From: Eledone cirrhosa
Taxonomy: Eukaryota
Reading direction: 5' to 3'
DNA: 64,000 nucleotides
Assembly (NCBI GenBank): GCA_964016885.1
Contig: OZ024741.1
Coordinates: forward strand, 108,066,001 to 108,130,000
Positions 27,846 through 40,307 of this stretch are shown one piece after another. The notes beneath the pieces are model-generated. The model worked only from the letters and a program-made list of their open reading frames with translations. It was not told the DNA's origin and ran no database searches. Position 1 is the stretch's first letter, and every line of letters begins with the position of its first letter. The position numbers were made by a program, and so were the translations under genes.

Positions 27846-28021
27846 TTGTTTCTACTTTAGGCACAAGGCCAGCAATTACCCAGTGCATTACTGGTACTTT
27901 ATTTTATCGACCCCGTAGGGATGAAAGGCAAAGTCAACCTCGGCGGGATTTGAACTCAGATCGTAAAGGGACGTAACTATGCTGGAAAGCATGGCGTCCG
28001 ATCCTCTACCGATACTGCCAA
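27846..28021 (-). mobile_element. tRNA-derived SINE (Meta-domain-like)
   Basis: Minus strand: TGGCAGTATCGG (A box)..GAGTTCAAATCCC (B box)..GCCTTTCATCC..GGGGTCGATAAAATAAAGTACCAG. Confidence 0.85.
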
Positions 28022-28362
28022 ATACAATCCAATATGTCTTCCCTCAAAATCTTTAACACTGGAGTTATTTTTTAATGTCCTAAGCATAAAATTATATATT
28101 TTGTTATATTTGTACTGATATAATTTTTGTTTCTCAGTTATTTACAGTTGCTACTGTCAAACATGAAGAAAGTTAGAAAATGTGATATTTTAGTTGTGCC
28201 GATAACTTTCTCACAACGTAACAGAACCATTCCGTGCAAATGTAATGACACTCGTACATTCCACACATTCGGCTTCGGTTGTCAAGGGATGAAGATTATG
28301 TTCTTGCTAGACGTTCACACCAACCGTGAGAACACTACTCTCCGTTAACAAATGTTAGAATC

Positions 28363-28412
28363 ATATATCATGAATTGTCATATGAGAAATATTATGAGAT
28401 GTTATATCCATA

Positions 28413-28509
<97 letters not shown>

Positions 28510-28548
28510 ATATGACATCTCATAATATTTCTCATATGACAATTCAGT
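28363..28548. repeat. ~40-bp inverted repeats flanking a (TA)n tract
   Basis: TGAATTGTCATATGAGAAATATTATGAGATG..CCA-(TA)n-TGG..CATCTCATAATATTTCTCATATGACAATTCA. Confidence 0.85.
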
Positions 28549-28602
28549 ATATATATACTCGTATGTTAATAGAGAGTCATTAAAGCAAAAACCTCAAATA
28601 AC

Positions 28603-28768
28603 TGTTTCTACTTTAGGCACAAGGCCAGCAATTACCCAGTGCATTACTGGTACTATATGTTATCGACCCCGTAAGGATGAAAGGCAAAGTTAACCTCGGC
28701 GGGATTTGAACTCAGATCGTAAAGGTACGTAACTATGCTGGAAAGCATGGCGTCCGACCCTCTACCGA
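28603..28768 (-). mobile_element. Same tRNA-SINE family
   Basis: Near-identical to 27846-28021; a partial + copy lies at 29228-29295. Confidence 0.85.
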
Positions 28769-29529
28769 GTTCTTAAAAAAACATACATCTTCTTCCCCCT
28801 CCTTCGCTTGCCACTGCTCCCAATCATCTACCTCTTAATCCTCCCCCTATCATGAGCTTCATGGCTGAAATCATTTAAAACGTATGTGTTTGTTATGTGA
28901 ACTTAGTAAATTTGCTATAGCAAAATATCTCACTTTGATCCGATGTCTAAACGACGAGAAACACCTCGTAGATGAATAAATTATGAATGTACGTCTAATA
29001 TTTAACAGAAACTATAGAAAATATATCAGCGTGCAAAACAATTTAAAATCGATATATAACTAATTTGAGATCAAATATTAAAAATTAAATAATTGGCCTA
29101 GTTTCCGTACATATATAGATTCTAATAGCTAATTATACCTTCTCTTCCGAGCCCAGTGATTGATTATTGAAATAATCAATCATTTATGCACAGGAAAACG
29201 TCATATATGATTTTTTATATAAATCCCCAGTCGATAAAATAAAGCACCAATAATGCACTGGTGTAATTGCTGGCCTCGTGCCAAATTAGAAAAAGCAGAA
29301 AGAATTATTACGAATGAAAAAGATTTATCAAAACATGAGTTTGAGAAATATAGAAGTAATGAAGGCTACTAAATTGTACACATCCTAGGTAATTTCGAGT
29401 TTAACGACTTTCTTATTCATATGATATATATGTGCCATTTATACCATGACGGGCTCTATAAAACCTTTTTAATACAGCAAGTGATTTATATTAACTATTA
29501 TATATAGGCGATATTTTCATTCTTTATTA

Positions 29530-31020
29530 GCAACCAAGGGAACAGCAACATGCTTACCTATATATATTTTACTGACATGGCATTATATGCCTGACATGGA
29601 CCTGCACAATTTACCGCATACATGGCAAGTTAAGGGTGCATCATTAACCTGCAGATCTGTGTACTCCACTCAGTTTCCCTCTTTAGATAGAACAATGCCA
29701 GAAACTGGACACGTCAGCTCTTGCTTGGAAGAGCTACCCCCAGGTTGATCAATGCCATACGTTTAAGGTATTGTCCTTTTCAGGTTTTCATACTTTATAC
29801 GTTTAACTCACAATTTTTCACCCCCTCATACAGATTTTTTCTTCATAAATCCCTATCACAACCGCTGTTTCCCAGTTGTTCAATGAAACCTCCAATCTTT
29901 TGAAGTTGTATTTATGTTGTTGCAAAATTGCATCTTTGGCTTAGATGCAGATATCTACCCTATATTTAGCTCTCAATACAAAAATTATTTTGGCATTCTT
30001 TCATCCTCAAGGCGAACAACGTGCCCAGCCCAACATAAGCTGACTTTCACCAAATGGGATTCTATATTCATGGTCTTAGCACATTGATGCACAACTGCAT
30101 CATGTGTAAAGTTTCTCCATTTCACTCCCAGAATCTGTCTAAGACAGTTCTGATGAAACCTTTCTAAACACTTTATGTGTTTTTTGTATATGATCCATGT
30201 TTTGGAGGCATACAAAAGTGCAGTGAGAAAACAGACATTATACAGGGCAACTTCTGTTGATAACTGTATGTCATGTTGGTATCACACTCTCTCTCGTAAC
30301 CTGCCAGATACTGAGAATACTTTCCTCATATGCAAATTCACTTCTGTATCTAGTGACATATCTCTCGAAATTCTACTTCCTAGATAAACAAAGCTATTGA
30401 CAGCAGTCAGACGAATATCATCATCAATCATTTTTCACTCTAGGTGCCAGAGTAAACATAACTTTTGTCTTACTTATGATGAATTATAAGCCAAAATCCA
30501 TGTACACTGCTCAACGAAGTTACATTAAAATTTACATATCTGCTCCCGAATGTGTCACAAGGTCACAGTCGTCAGCATAGTGGAGATCACGAACCTTTGA
30601 TACAAAAGTTCTAATCTTGGCAGAAAAACGCTGCTATTTAAATAGCTTCCCAGTAGTCCTATAACTAACACATCTCCGACATCACAATTCTCAGATGCAT
30701 TGGCAAGAACGATTGAAAGATACAACGAGAACAAGGTAGGCGCTAGAATATCTCCCTGCTTCTCACTGTTATCTAAGTTTACTGGATCAGAAAAGGAACA
30801 ATTGATATTAACACTTACTTTCATATTATCATGAAGCTTTTCAAAGATAACCCTCAGTGCGTCCCGATTCACGTTATCAAGTACCCTTTATATGCCTATG
30901 AATGCCTGAATAAGGCTTACGCGTTGCCCAATACATTTCTCCTGGATTTGACGAGTTGTGAATATCATGTCAACCGTCCTCCTCCCAGCACGAAACCCAC
31001 ACTCAGAATACGGTGTAATT
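29530..31020 (-). mobile_element. Decayed RTE LINE (RT to C-terminal zinc finger)
   Basis: [14 protein letters not shown]; KQGDILAPTLF; LERFHQNCLRQIL..WAGHVVRLEDERMPK; CHVCGKLC. Confidence 0.85.
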
Positions 31021-31073
31021 TACTCTTTGTGTGTGTGTATGTGTAAATATAAATATTTATATATATATATGTA

Positions 31074-31164
<91 letters not shown>

Positions 31165-31166
<2 letters not shown>

Positions 31167-31850
31167 GAATTAGAACCCTGTAATCATTAAGCTCAAAGTA
31201 TAAAGTACAAATAAATACTGAGCCGATTAACAATATATAGTAAGAAACACAGTAAACCGTGTGTCTAAAATTACAAGGGTTGAAAAACCACATATGCTTG
31301 AAATATTTAACCAAGAAACAGACAGAATGACGAAATGAAAATAAAAATATATTATCAAATAATACAAACCGCCTCAATAACCATTATATCTCTCGGACAG
31401 ATTATCCCTAATCTGTTTCGCCCTGAGTGTGTTTGTAACAGATAATCCTGGGCTTCATCAGCGAGAGATTGCGATTAAATGCCACAAACACTATTTGCCA
31501 ACGTTCACACAGAAAGATGAATTCATCACCTCGTGCTTCGCCAGCCAAACGTGGTAAGCGCGTGTTGAACAGAAATAACAGTCAAACACGCACAACTTAA
31601 TAGCTCATCCTGTAAGAGAGCCGAAATATATATATATGAATTAGAACCCTGTAATCATTAAGCTCTAAGTATAAAGTACAAATAAATACTGAGCCGATTA
31701 ACAATGGTTATTGAGGCGGTTTGTATTATTTGATAATATATTTTTATTTTCATTTCGTCATTCTGTCTGTTTCTTGGTTAAATATTTCAAGCATATGTGG
31801 TTTTTCAACCCTTGTAATTTTAGACACACGGTTTACTGTGTTTCTTACTA
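31165..31850. repeat. Direct plus inverted duplicated segments around an HHR, within (TA)n
   Basis: 31165-31235 repeated at 31635-31705; 31240-31385 inverted at 31705-31850. Confidence 0.85.
31388..31469 (-). ncRNA. Canonical type I hammerhead ribozyme
   Basis: ATCTCTCG-CTGATGA-A-GCCC-(26 nt)-GGGC-GAAA-CAGATTA-GGGA-TAATCTG-TC-CGAGAGAT: 8-bp stem I, 7-bp GNRA-capped stem III, GUC cleavage triplet. Confidence 0.9.
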
Positions 31851-31875
31851 TATATATTTATATGTATATATATAC

Positions 31876-31941
<66 letters not shown>

Positions 31942-31953
31942 CTGTGTGCGTGC

Positions 31954-31995
<42 letters not shown>

Positions 31996-32535
31996 ACTTT
32001 CAACAGTGTGGAGCTCGTTAAATGGAACCATGGACACGGTGATGGGACAAAACTGAACAATGGTGAGAGTTATTTCATCCTAAATTAGGAATGAAATGTC
32101 TATCAGTAGTTATAAACTCACAATGACCATATCGCATTTTATAAAGATTCGAAATATATTGTCAAATTAGTCAGAACATCTGACAGATAATGCAACAAGG
32201 GTGATTTAAATATCAGAGTTTGCATTGGTCACAACGGACAGAATGTTGTAATTGGCATAAGAATACCTATTTAACGATGCATATTTAGGAAATATTGTTC
32301 TTGTTATGATCTGAGTGTCACAACTGTCTCTGTTCATCTTTACACACGAAATAAAAATATTTGAATGTACTCGGTACCCACATGGTGATCAAAGCTATTC
32401 AGAGTTACAAAATCTGTGTTTGGAGATTCTTGTTAGACTAAAAGTAGAATTATGATTTTAAAATTTGAAATTTTAATCATAGCAAGCAGCTATTACTCAG
32501 TTTGAATATACATACATATAAATAATTGAATAAAT

Positions 32536-32581
<46 letters not shown>

Positions 32582-33105
32582 CCGCGTGCATGTTTAATAG
32601 CTGTAAACATATTAGATGAGTATAATCATCAGTGACAAACAATATATCGCTATTGCTGGCTGTTTGCCGTGTATTTGTTTTTAAATTTCCTTTGGAATTT
32701 TGCATGTTTTTTTGCATAAAATTCATTGGAATTTACTACTTCCATCATTCGGCTCTTCAGTCTGATCTGGACCACGATTACATACTTTTTTGAATGCCAT
32801 GTACGTCCTGAATTATTTGAAGATTCACATAGGGTGCAAGGATTTGTAGGTATTCGACCTTTGACATTTCTGCGTGTTTACGTAGGTGACTTATATGGCT
32901 AAGAGTGAATGGGTATATAAGACTATGAAATAAATGTTGCCTTGTGGTTGTTTGGTTGATATACACGCTCCATTAAGTCAGAAAATCGATTAAATATGTT
33001 TACCATTTTTTCAACTCTCAAGGAAACGCGTAAAATGTTTACATGCCTTCATATTAAATAGTGTATAAATTTTATATAAACATTGCTGCATTGTATGTAT
33101 GTATG

Positions 33106-33134
<29 letters not shown>

Positions 33135-33136
<2 letters not shown>

Positions 33137-33505
33137 CAGGAAAACTCTGATATAACACTTGCAACCCTGATGGTATCCAATGATGTTGACTTGTTCTTCT
33201 TTTTGATAAATATCATCTTGGTTAAGAGAGTGGGACTGGCTTTGTGCAGTGCCTTTGCTCACTATAAAAGCTTCACGGCACAGGCATTGCTTTATATCTG
33301 GAGATCTCTCTGCACTTGTCGTCACATGGTACCATGGGCCCATCACTATGTGTCAATAATTGGCACAAGTGTAGTGTTTGTACCAGAGTTTTCAAGTCGC
33401 TGGCTGGACTAAAAAGTCACACTCGTTCAGCGCTTCGGTAGGGGTTCTCCTACATGGATATAAAGTAGTGGCCGTACTCGAAAACGAGCTGGCAGCCACC
33501 ATGTA
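33135..33505 (+). mobile_element. 5'-truncated copy of the non-autonomous RTE-derived element
   Basis: Matches 58745-59110 in reverse; ends TGGCCGTACTCGAAAACGAG..GCAGCCACC-(ATGT)n. Confidence 0.8.
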
Positions 33506-33599
33506 TGTATGTATGTATGTATGTATGTATGTATTTATGTATGTATGTATGTATGTATGTATGTATGTATGTATGTATATATATATATATATATATGTA

Positions 33600-36180
33600 T
33601 AAATAATTTCCATTTTTTCAATTCTCGCTTCCACAATACACAACAAACCCACACCACACGATACAACCAACAACGTAGGCCACCTATAACACCACAATCC
33701 AACATGGCACATAGAAACACACATCCATACTCGCAATACAGGAACACACTATTCAATCTACAACCACGAACCCGAACCACATTTAACAACAACAAGGAAT
33801 ATAACAAACACAGGAGACCACTTAACATCAGCAGACAACCCCTCTATCCCAACCATTTTTTAGACACAGCACACAGATACAGGCAAAAAAAATAACACAA
33901 GACAGGGAGGAGAAACCGAGAGTAATAAAAATTATCAATCTAACTAGTGCAGAACCAACACCCAACCTTATCAACTTACTCTCCAAAAGTCTTAAATTCA
34001 CACCGACCCACTACGTCCTAACTGCTATGAAATGAAGGAAGACATCACAGACTTCTGTAGAAAGTTACGACTCAGTGAGGAACTATTCGACCAGTACAAC
34101 GAGGATGAATCATTAACCAGAAATAGAAGCAATTACACCCCATCAAAAGGTAAAAATAAAATCCTGGACGAATTCTGTGAACACATCACAAACTTCCCTT
34201 ACCAACACTTGCACAGACAAAAACACAAGCCAAACCTCAACAAGAAAGAATGGGAAGAATTAAATAGATTAAAAACCGACAGAACCATTGCAATTAAAGA
34301 GGCTGATAAAGGGAGTACAGTAGTCCTAATGGAGACAGAATTCTATATCAACTTAGATCTCTCCACTTTGGAAAACGAAACATACTACGAAAAGGCTGAA
34401 CACTACAATCAACAGAAAATTATGAGAAACCTAAAAACTCTGATCAACCAATACAAAGAAGGACTCACTAACAAGGAATTCAGCTTCATCACAGACTTCA
34501 CAAGTAAATCCAGCCTTTTCTACGGTATCCCTAAAGTACATAAAAGCGAATTAATAAGTAAGGCATGCAAGGAAGCCACAGACATAGTCATCAATGTCCC
34601 CTCACCCAATGATTTCAAATTAAGACCTATAATAGCAGGCCCCGCTTGCGAAACCCACCGCCTTAGCAACTTCATTGATACCCTTCTCAAGCCTTTTCTC
34701 AAACACATCAAAAGCTATATAAGGGACGACCTAGATATGCTCAATCACCTCCCTAATATGCCCCTTTCTGAACAAACCCTACTAGTGACGTTCGATGTAG
34801 TCAACCTATACTCCAACATCCCCGACAACCTAGGAATAGAAGCTATCCAATTCTGGCCGGATAATTACCACAATGAACTCCCACAACGCATCAAAAAAGA
34901 ATTCGTGATAGAGGGACTCAAATTTATCTTGGAGAACAATTACTTCGTTTTCAATAACAAACCCTACAGGCAGAAATCTGGGACCGCTATGGGAACGAAA
35001 ACAGCCCCCACTTATGCCAACCTAGTCATGGGATACCTGGAAATCACCCTCTACACTAAAGTCCTAAACAAATTTGGAAACAATCTCCACTTACACATAG
35101 AAAGGAACTGGAAGCGATATATAGATGACTTCTTGATCCTTTGGCACGAAAACATCGGGAAACTTAAAGAATTTAACACCCTTATAAATGGGCTCGACAC
35201 GAATATTAACTTCACGATGGAATACAGCCATCAACAACTCCCCTTCCCCGACATCCTCATTAAGATCCATAACAAAAAATAGAAACAGACATATACTACA
35301 AGCCCACAGACTCCAAGCAATATCTTCCTTTCAACTCTTGCCACTCTAGACACGTTAAAATTAATATTCCCTACAACTTAGCCAAGAGAATCTGTACTAT
35401 AGTCTCCAATAAAAACACCTGCTACTTACGGCTACAAGAACTAAAGGACACACTCATAGGCAGGGACTACCCTGTATCACTAATTGACAATGGAATCCAA
35501 CGTGCTCTAAAACTCAGTACCCAGGACCTTAGACACCCTAAAGTAAATCAACCGAAACTAAAAGCTCTTCCATACATCTCCACACACAACCCCCTCAACA
35601 ATGAGGCCTTTGTTACCATCCTCCAGAACATCCCTGTGTTGAAAAAGGACCATAGAATGTATCAAATCCTACGAACACACGATATCATAAAGAGCAAAAG
35701 ACAATCTAAGTCAATGAAAAACATCCTAACACATGCCAAAGTACTGCCAACCACAACAACGAAACCCACAGTAAAAAAATGCGATAGACCCAACTGTGGC
35801 ATATGCATCAACCTAATAGAGGGTTCGGAATTCTATTTCAAAGAAGGACAACGTTTTATAGTAAAACACAATTTCATATGCGCATCAGAAAATCTAATAT
35901 ATGTATTAACTTGCTCAGGTTGTCGAGAACAATACATAGGCCAGACCAAATACAGCCTCCGCCAACGCATGACTGTCCATAGATCCCAAATTAAAATACG
36001 GGAATACAGGAAAATACGACTAAGTGAACACATTGACACCTGTGCCGCCCAAAATCATCCCAACTTCAGAATCTTTGCCCTCTACAAATTTAAAGATAAT
36101 GCCACCCACACCCAGCGCATCAACAAGGAATCTCACTTTATTAACAAATAAGGACCCCGTCTAAACACTTCTCCCTAAGA
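33600..36180 (+). mobile_element. Penelope-like element (Neptune-like), near full ORF with frameshifts
   Basis: LSKSLKFTPT; ADKGSTVV; FYGIPKVHK..LRPII; FDVVNLYSNIP; GTAMGT..YANL; RYIDD; frameshift ~35280 to ETDIYYKPTD; CDRPNCGIC..LIYVLTCSGC..YIGQT..R..E (GIY-YIG). Confidence 0.92.
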
Positions 36181-36625
36181 CGAACTCACAACATACAAAC
36201 GTCAACATACATACCTACATCAGCATACATCTCTATCCACATATAAACACAATGAGATACATGCTCTATGGTGCAACACAAATATACACACATTTGCATA
36301 CCTTTTGATGTCTATAGATATAAACGTGCCGACACACACACATACATAAACGCACACATGCATTGCACACTGATGGGCACATACATATTTGTACACAAGT
36401 ATTCCAATACGGCAAGGCCTAATGGATTCCCCTTGCAGTACGTACAATCTGGACACTCACACACACCTTGGTATTATGCCAATACTATATATCATTTCAC
36501 ACCTTTTATTATTAAGGTTTTTGATGTTCTATTGAGAGAATCGTTTTTACTGAAAATATCGAATAATGTACACCATTTTACCAATATCACAAAAATACTG
36601 GTCCACCCACACACACACACATTCT

Positions 36626-36661
<36 letters not shown>

Positions 36662-36857
36662 CACACACACACATATATATACACACACATACACACGCGT
36701 ACATTAACATACAAAGAGACATACACACACACACACACACATACACTTCTCCGTATAAGACAAGAGCTGAAAAATATCTTTTAACATGTTAAAATATCCT
36801 CCACACACTTACAGACACATTCCTACTGACCATCCCTCTACCACGAATTACTCTGCT

Positions 36858-36911
<54 letters not shown>

Positions 36912-37420
36912 ACACTTGTCTTAATAGGCATTTTAACTGTCAACAGGCTGCGGTTCGCGCACACATCCCTGCTGACCATTATCACAACAACGAACCTCTT
37001 TACTACTACTACACACACACACACACACATATTTGTTTTGAAAGACTTATTTTTCAGTGACTTCTCAATCAGCCGACACAAACCTACATTTGGCGCAAAA
37101 TCAATTTTTAACATTCACATGACCTCTACCGACCAATCAAAATTGTTTTGACCAACACGAATTGGCGCGAAACTTATTTTAATACATCTGGAGCCACTTT
37201 TTTCACATAAAACAGGTAGAATTTCCAAAACTAATCAGATTAGAGCAAACATCACGGGCGCTCTATCTCAGAATTATTTTTGAAAAGCATTAGAAATGCG
37301 CAACCGGTAAAACTTAAAACCAAAACTGAATACTAACCAATACTATTACTAATTTTCACTTATTCCTAATTAAACTATTTTTCACTGTGAACAATTTGTC
37401 AGCATTTTCTTTTCCGTTTA

Positions 37421-37472
<52 letters not shown>

Positions 37473-37702
37473 TCAAAATATTAATAAATGAAGACATTCA
37501 CATAATCAAAATATATGTTTTATTATATATATTTCGAAAGTACTGTGCTGTTTTTTCAGTATGTCCTTGTCATATAAACACCGCCACCGCATCTGCTATT
37601 AACTAAACGTATTCACTCTGAACAGCTGATTGTAACTACATTACAGGAATTCGGCAAATTCATTTATTACGACAGATGCTGGCGGGAGACTGTTGAATTA
37701 AT

Positions 37703-37778
37703 AGCAGCGATCTTCGATAAATTGATATAATATATATATATATATATATTATATCAATTTATCGAAGATCGCTGCTAT
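37703..37778. repeat. Short palindrome around (TA)n
   Basis: AGCAGCGATCTTCGATAAATTGATATAA..TTATATCAATTTATCGAAGATCGCTGCT. Confidence 0.85.
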
Positions 37779-37799
37779 ATATATATATATTTGTAAAAA

Positions 37800-38155
37800 G
37801 GGAAAAGAATGACTTCAATTGTCGTTCTAAACAATTTAATTTTATAATATTATAATTTTACAATTTGGTTTTGTAGATCTAGTAAGTTCTTTGTTAACTT
37901 CGGTGAGGAGATTTTTAAAGATTCCTGGTTAACTTTCCTGGAGAACTTTCCTCAGTGGCGATTGTCAACCTGATTTTCTAATCGCCAACGACGAATGCAA
38001 GTAAGTTCTCCAAGAAAGTTAACCAGGAATCTTTAAAAAATCTCCTCTCAGAAGTTAGCAAAGAACTTACTAGATCTACAAAACTAAATTGTAAAATTAT
38101 AATATTATAAAATGAAATTATTTAGAACTCCAAGTGAAGTCATTTTTTTCCATTC
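37800..38155. repeat. Inverted repeat, ~150-bp arms, ~55-bp spacer
   Basis: ..GATTCCTGGTTAACTTTCCTGGAGAACTT / AAGTTCTCCAAGAAAGTTAACCAGGAATC.. Confidence 0.85.
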
Positions 38156-38620
38156 CTCAAATATACTTAACTGTACCAAGGATTTCCCACATTATCCAAT
38201 ATATATATATATAGTAATATTTATATTTATATATGTTTGATATAACTATAAATATCTAAGGTTTGTATTAACCGTTATTAAGCTGTTGGTAAACCGTTAG
38301 GTTACTTAATTTTATAAGTTTACACAGGAAGTTGTAAAGGGGTTAATAACAAAGGGAGGTTATTAATGTTGTTGATAAATTAAGGGTTGTTATAATATTG
38401 TGGTACTGTTATAAATTATAAAATATAAAACATAGAATATTCTTGGTTATATAATTGCTATCTTTTCATCTTGTGTGTGGGGGGTTTAAAAAGTGTTTTT
38501 AATTTAGTTTATTATAACTAGATAGTTTTTACATAGTTAGTATATGCATGCATAATATAAGTATATAGTATATGCGTGACATATACACACACACACACAT
38601 ATCTGCATACACACTTATAC

Positions 38621-38663
<43 letters not shown>

Positions 38664-38709
38664 TAAATATATATATACACACACATATACACATATATAT
38701 ACACGCACA

Positions 38710-38788
<79 letters not shown>

Positions 38789-39161
38789 ATACTTTGTCAT
38801 GGTGCCAATAAGAAACACACGCACCAGTTGCTTTCACTTCAATTTATTATATATTTATAAATTTATAAATTTACAAATTTACAAATTTACAAACTTATAA
38901 ATTTCTGGTTGGTTGGTTGGTTGGTTCCACAACCAGATAGTTGTTTATATATATAGTCATAGTCCATTCGTCACACACTCTGTGACCTCTTCAGTGACTG
39001 GGGATTCCTTTCTTCGTTTCTGTGTCTTTCCTTTCTTCTATCCTACGCCATTTTGTTTCTGTGTGTGTGTTGTGTGTTCAGTTTGCGCATGCGCCACATC
39101 CGGGTGTCTGTGTGTGTTTGTGTTCATTTTTCTATTTTTCTATTTATATTTTTCTATTTGT

Positions 39162-39192
<31 letters not shown>

Positions 39193-39318
39193 TTGTTGGT
39201 TGGTTGTTTGTTCTATGTGTGTGTGTGTTTTCATTTTGTCCTGTGTGTGTTTTCATTTTGTGTGTGTTTTCAATTGTAAGTTGTTTGTTCTATGTGTGTG
39301 TGTGTTTTCATTTTGTCC

Positions 39319-39930
39319 TTAATTGTAAGTTGTGATGTTGCTGTTCCACTCATATTTTCTATTTAATTTTGGTTTTAATTCTTTTATGCTTACTGCCTCT
39401 GTAATTTGCCTAAACATTGCGTCTTTTCTGTGTGTGGATTCTATTTTTATTTCTATGCTCTCTAATCTACCCCTGTGTTCTATCTTAGCATGTTGGTAGA
39501 GCACAGATGATTCTTTATTATCTTGGAGGTCTCGCCAGTGTTCATTTATTCGTTCCCCTATACTACGAGCTGTCTCACCTATGTACACTATATTTTTGTT
39601 TCTACATTGTCCTTCAGTACATCTTATGCTATACACTACATTTCTAGTTTTACAGTTAATATGGGGGCTTATTTTACAGGTTATACATTTCTTATCTATA
39701 CATGAGGGTCTTTGGAACGGGTATGTCTTGCTAATAAGTGTTTTTACGGAGGTACCAGGTCTTTCTACCATCTTAATATTGAGATTATGTTTATTTAGGG
39801 CCCTTCTAAATTTGTAGGCTAGTTCGCCTCTAGGGGTTGTATTGATGAACATTACACTCTGGTATTTATTGCTATCATACCATGAGTTTATTCTATTGGC
39901 CTTATTCCTAGTTCTTTCTATTCTATTCCA
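39319..39930 (-). pseudogene. Inverted duplicate of the GIY-YIG endonuclease region
   Basis: Translation nearly identical to the C-terminus of 43225-44115. Confidence 0.9.
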
Positions 39931-40112
39931 ATAAATAAATAAATAAATAAACAAATAGAAAAATATAAATAGAAAAATAGAAAAATGAACACAAACACAC
40001 ACAGACACCCGGACGTGGCGCATGCGCAAACTGAACACACAACACACACACAGAAACAAAATGGCGTAGGATAGAAGAAAGGAAAGGCACAGAAACGAAG
40101 AAAGGAATCCCC

Positions 40113-40157
40113 AGTCACTGAAGAGGTCACAGAGTGTGTGACGAAAGAACTATGACT
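40113..40157 (+). ncRNA. Minimal HHR in 5' pLTR (intact core)
   Basis: AGTCA-CTGAAGA-G-GTCACA-GAGTG-TGTGAC-GAAA-GAAC-TA-TGACT; copy at 44423-44467 has TTGAAGA and copy at 38955-38999 (-) has GAAT. Confidence 0.85.
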
Positions 40158-40307
40158 ATATATATAAACAACTATCTGGTTGTGGAACCAACCAACCAAC
40201 CAGAAATTTATAAGTTTGTAAATTTGTAAATTTGTAAATTTATAAATTTATAAATATATAATAAATTGAAGTGAAAGCAACTGGTGCGTGTGTTTCTTAT
40301 TGGCAAC

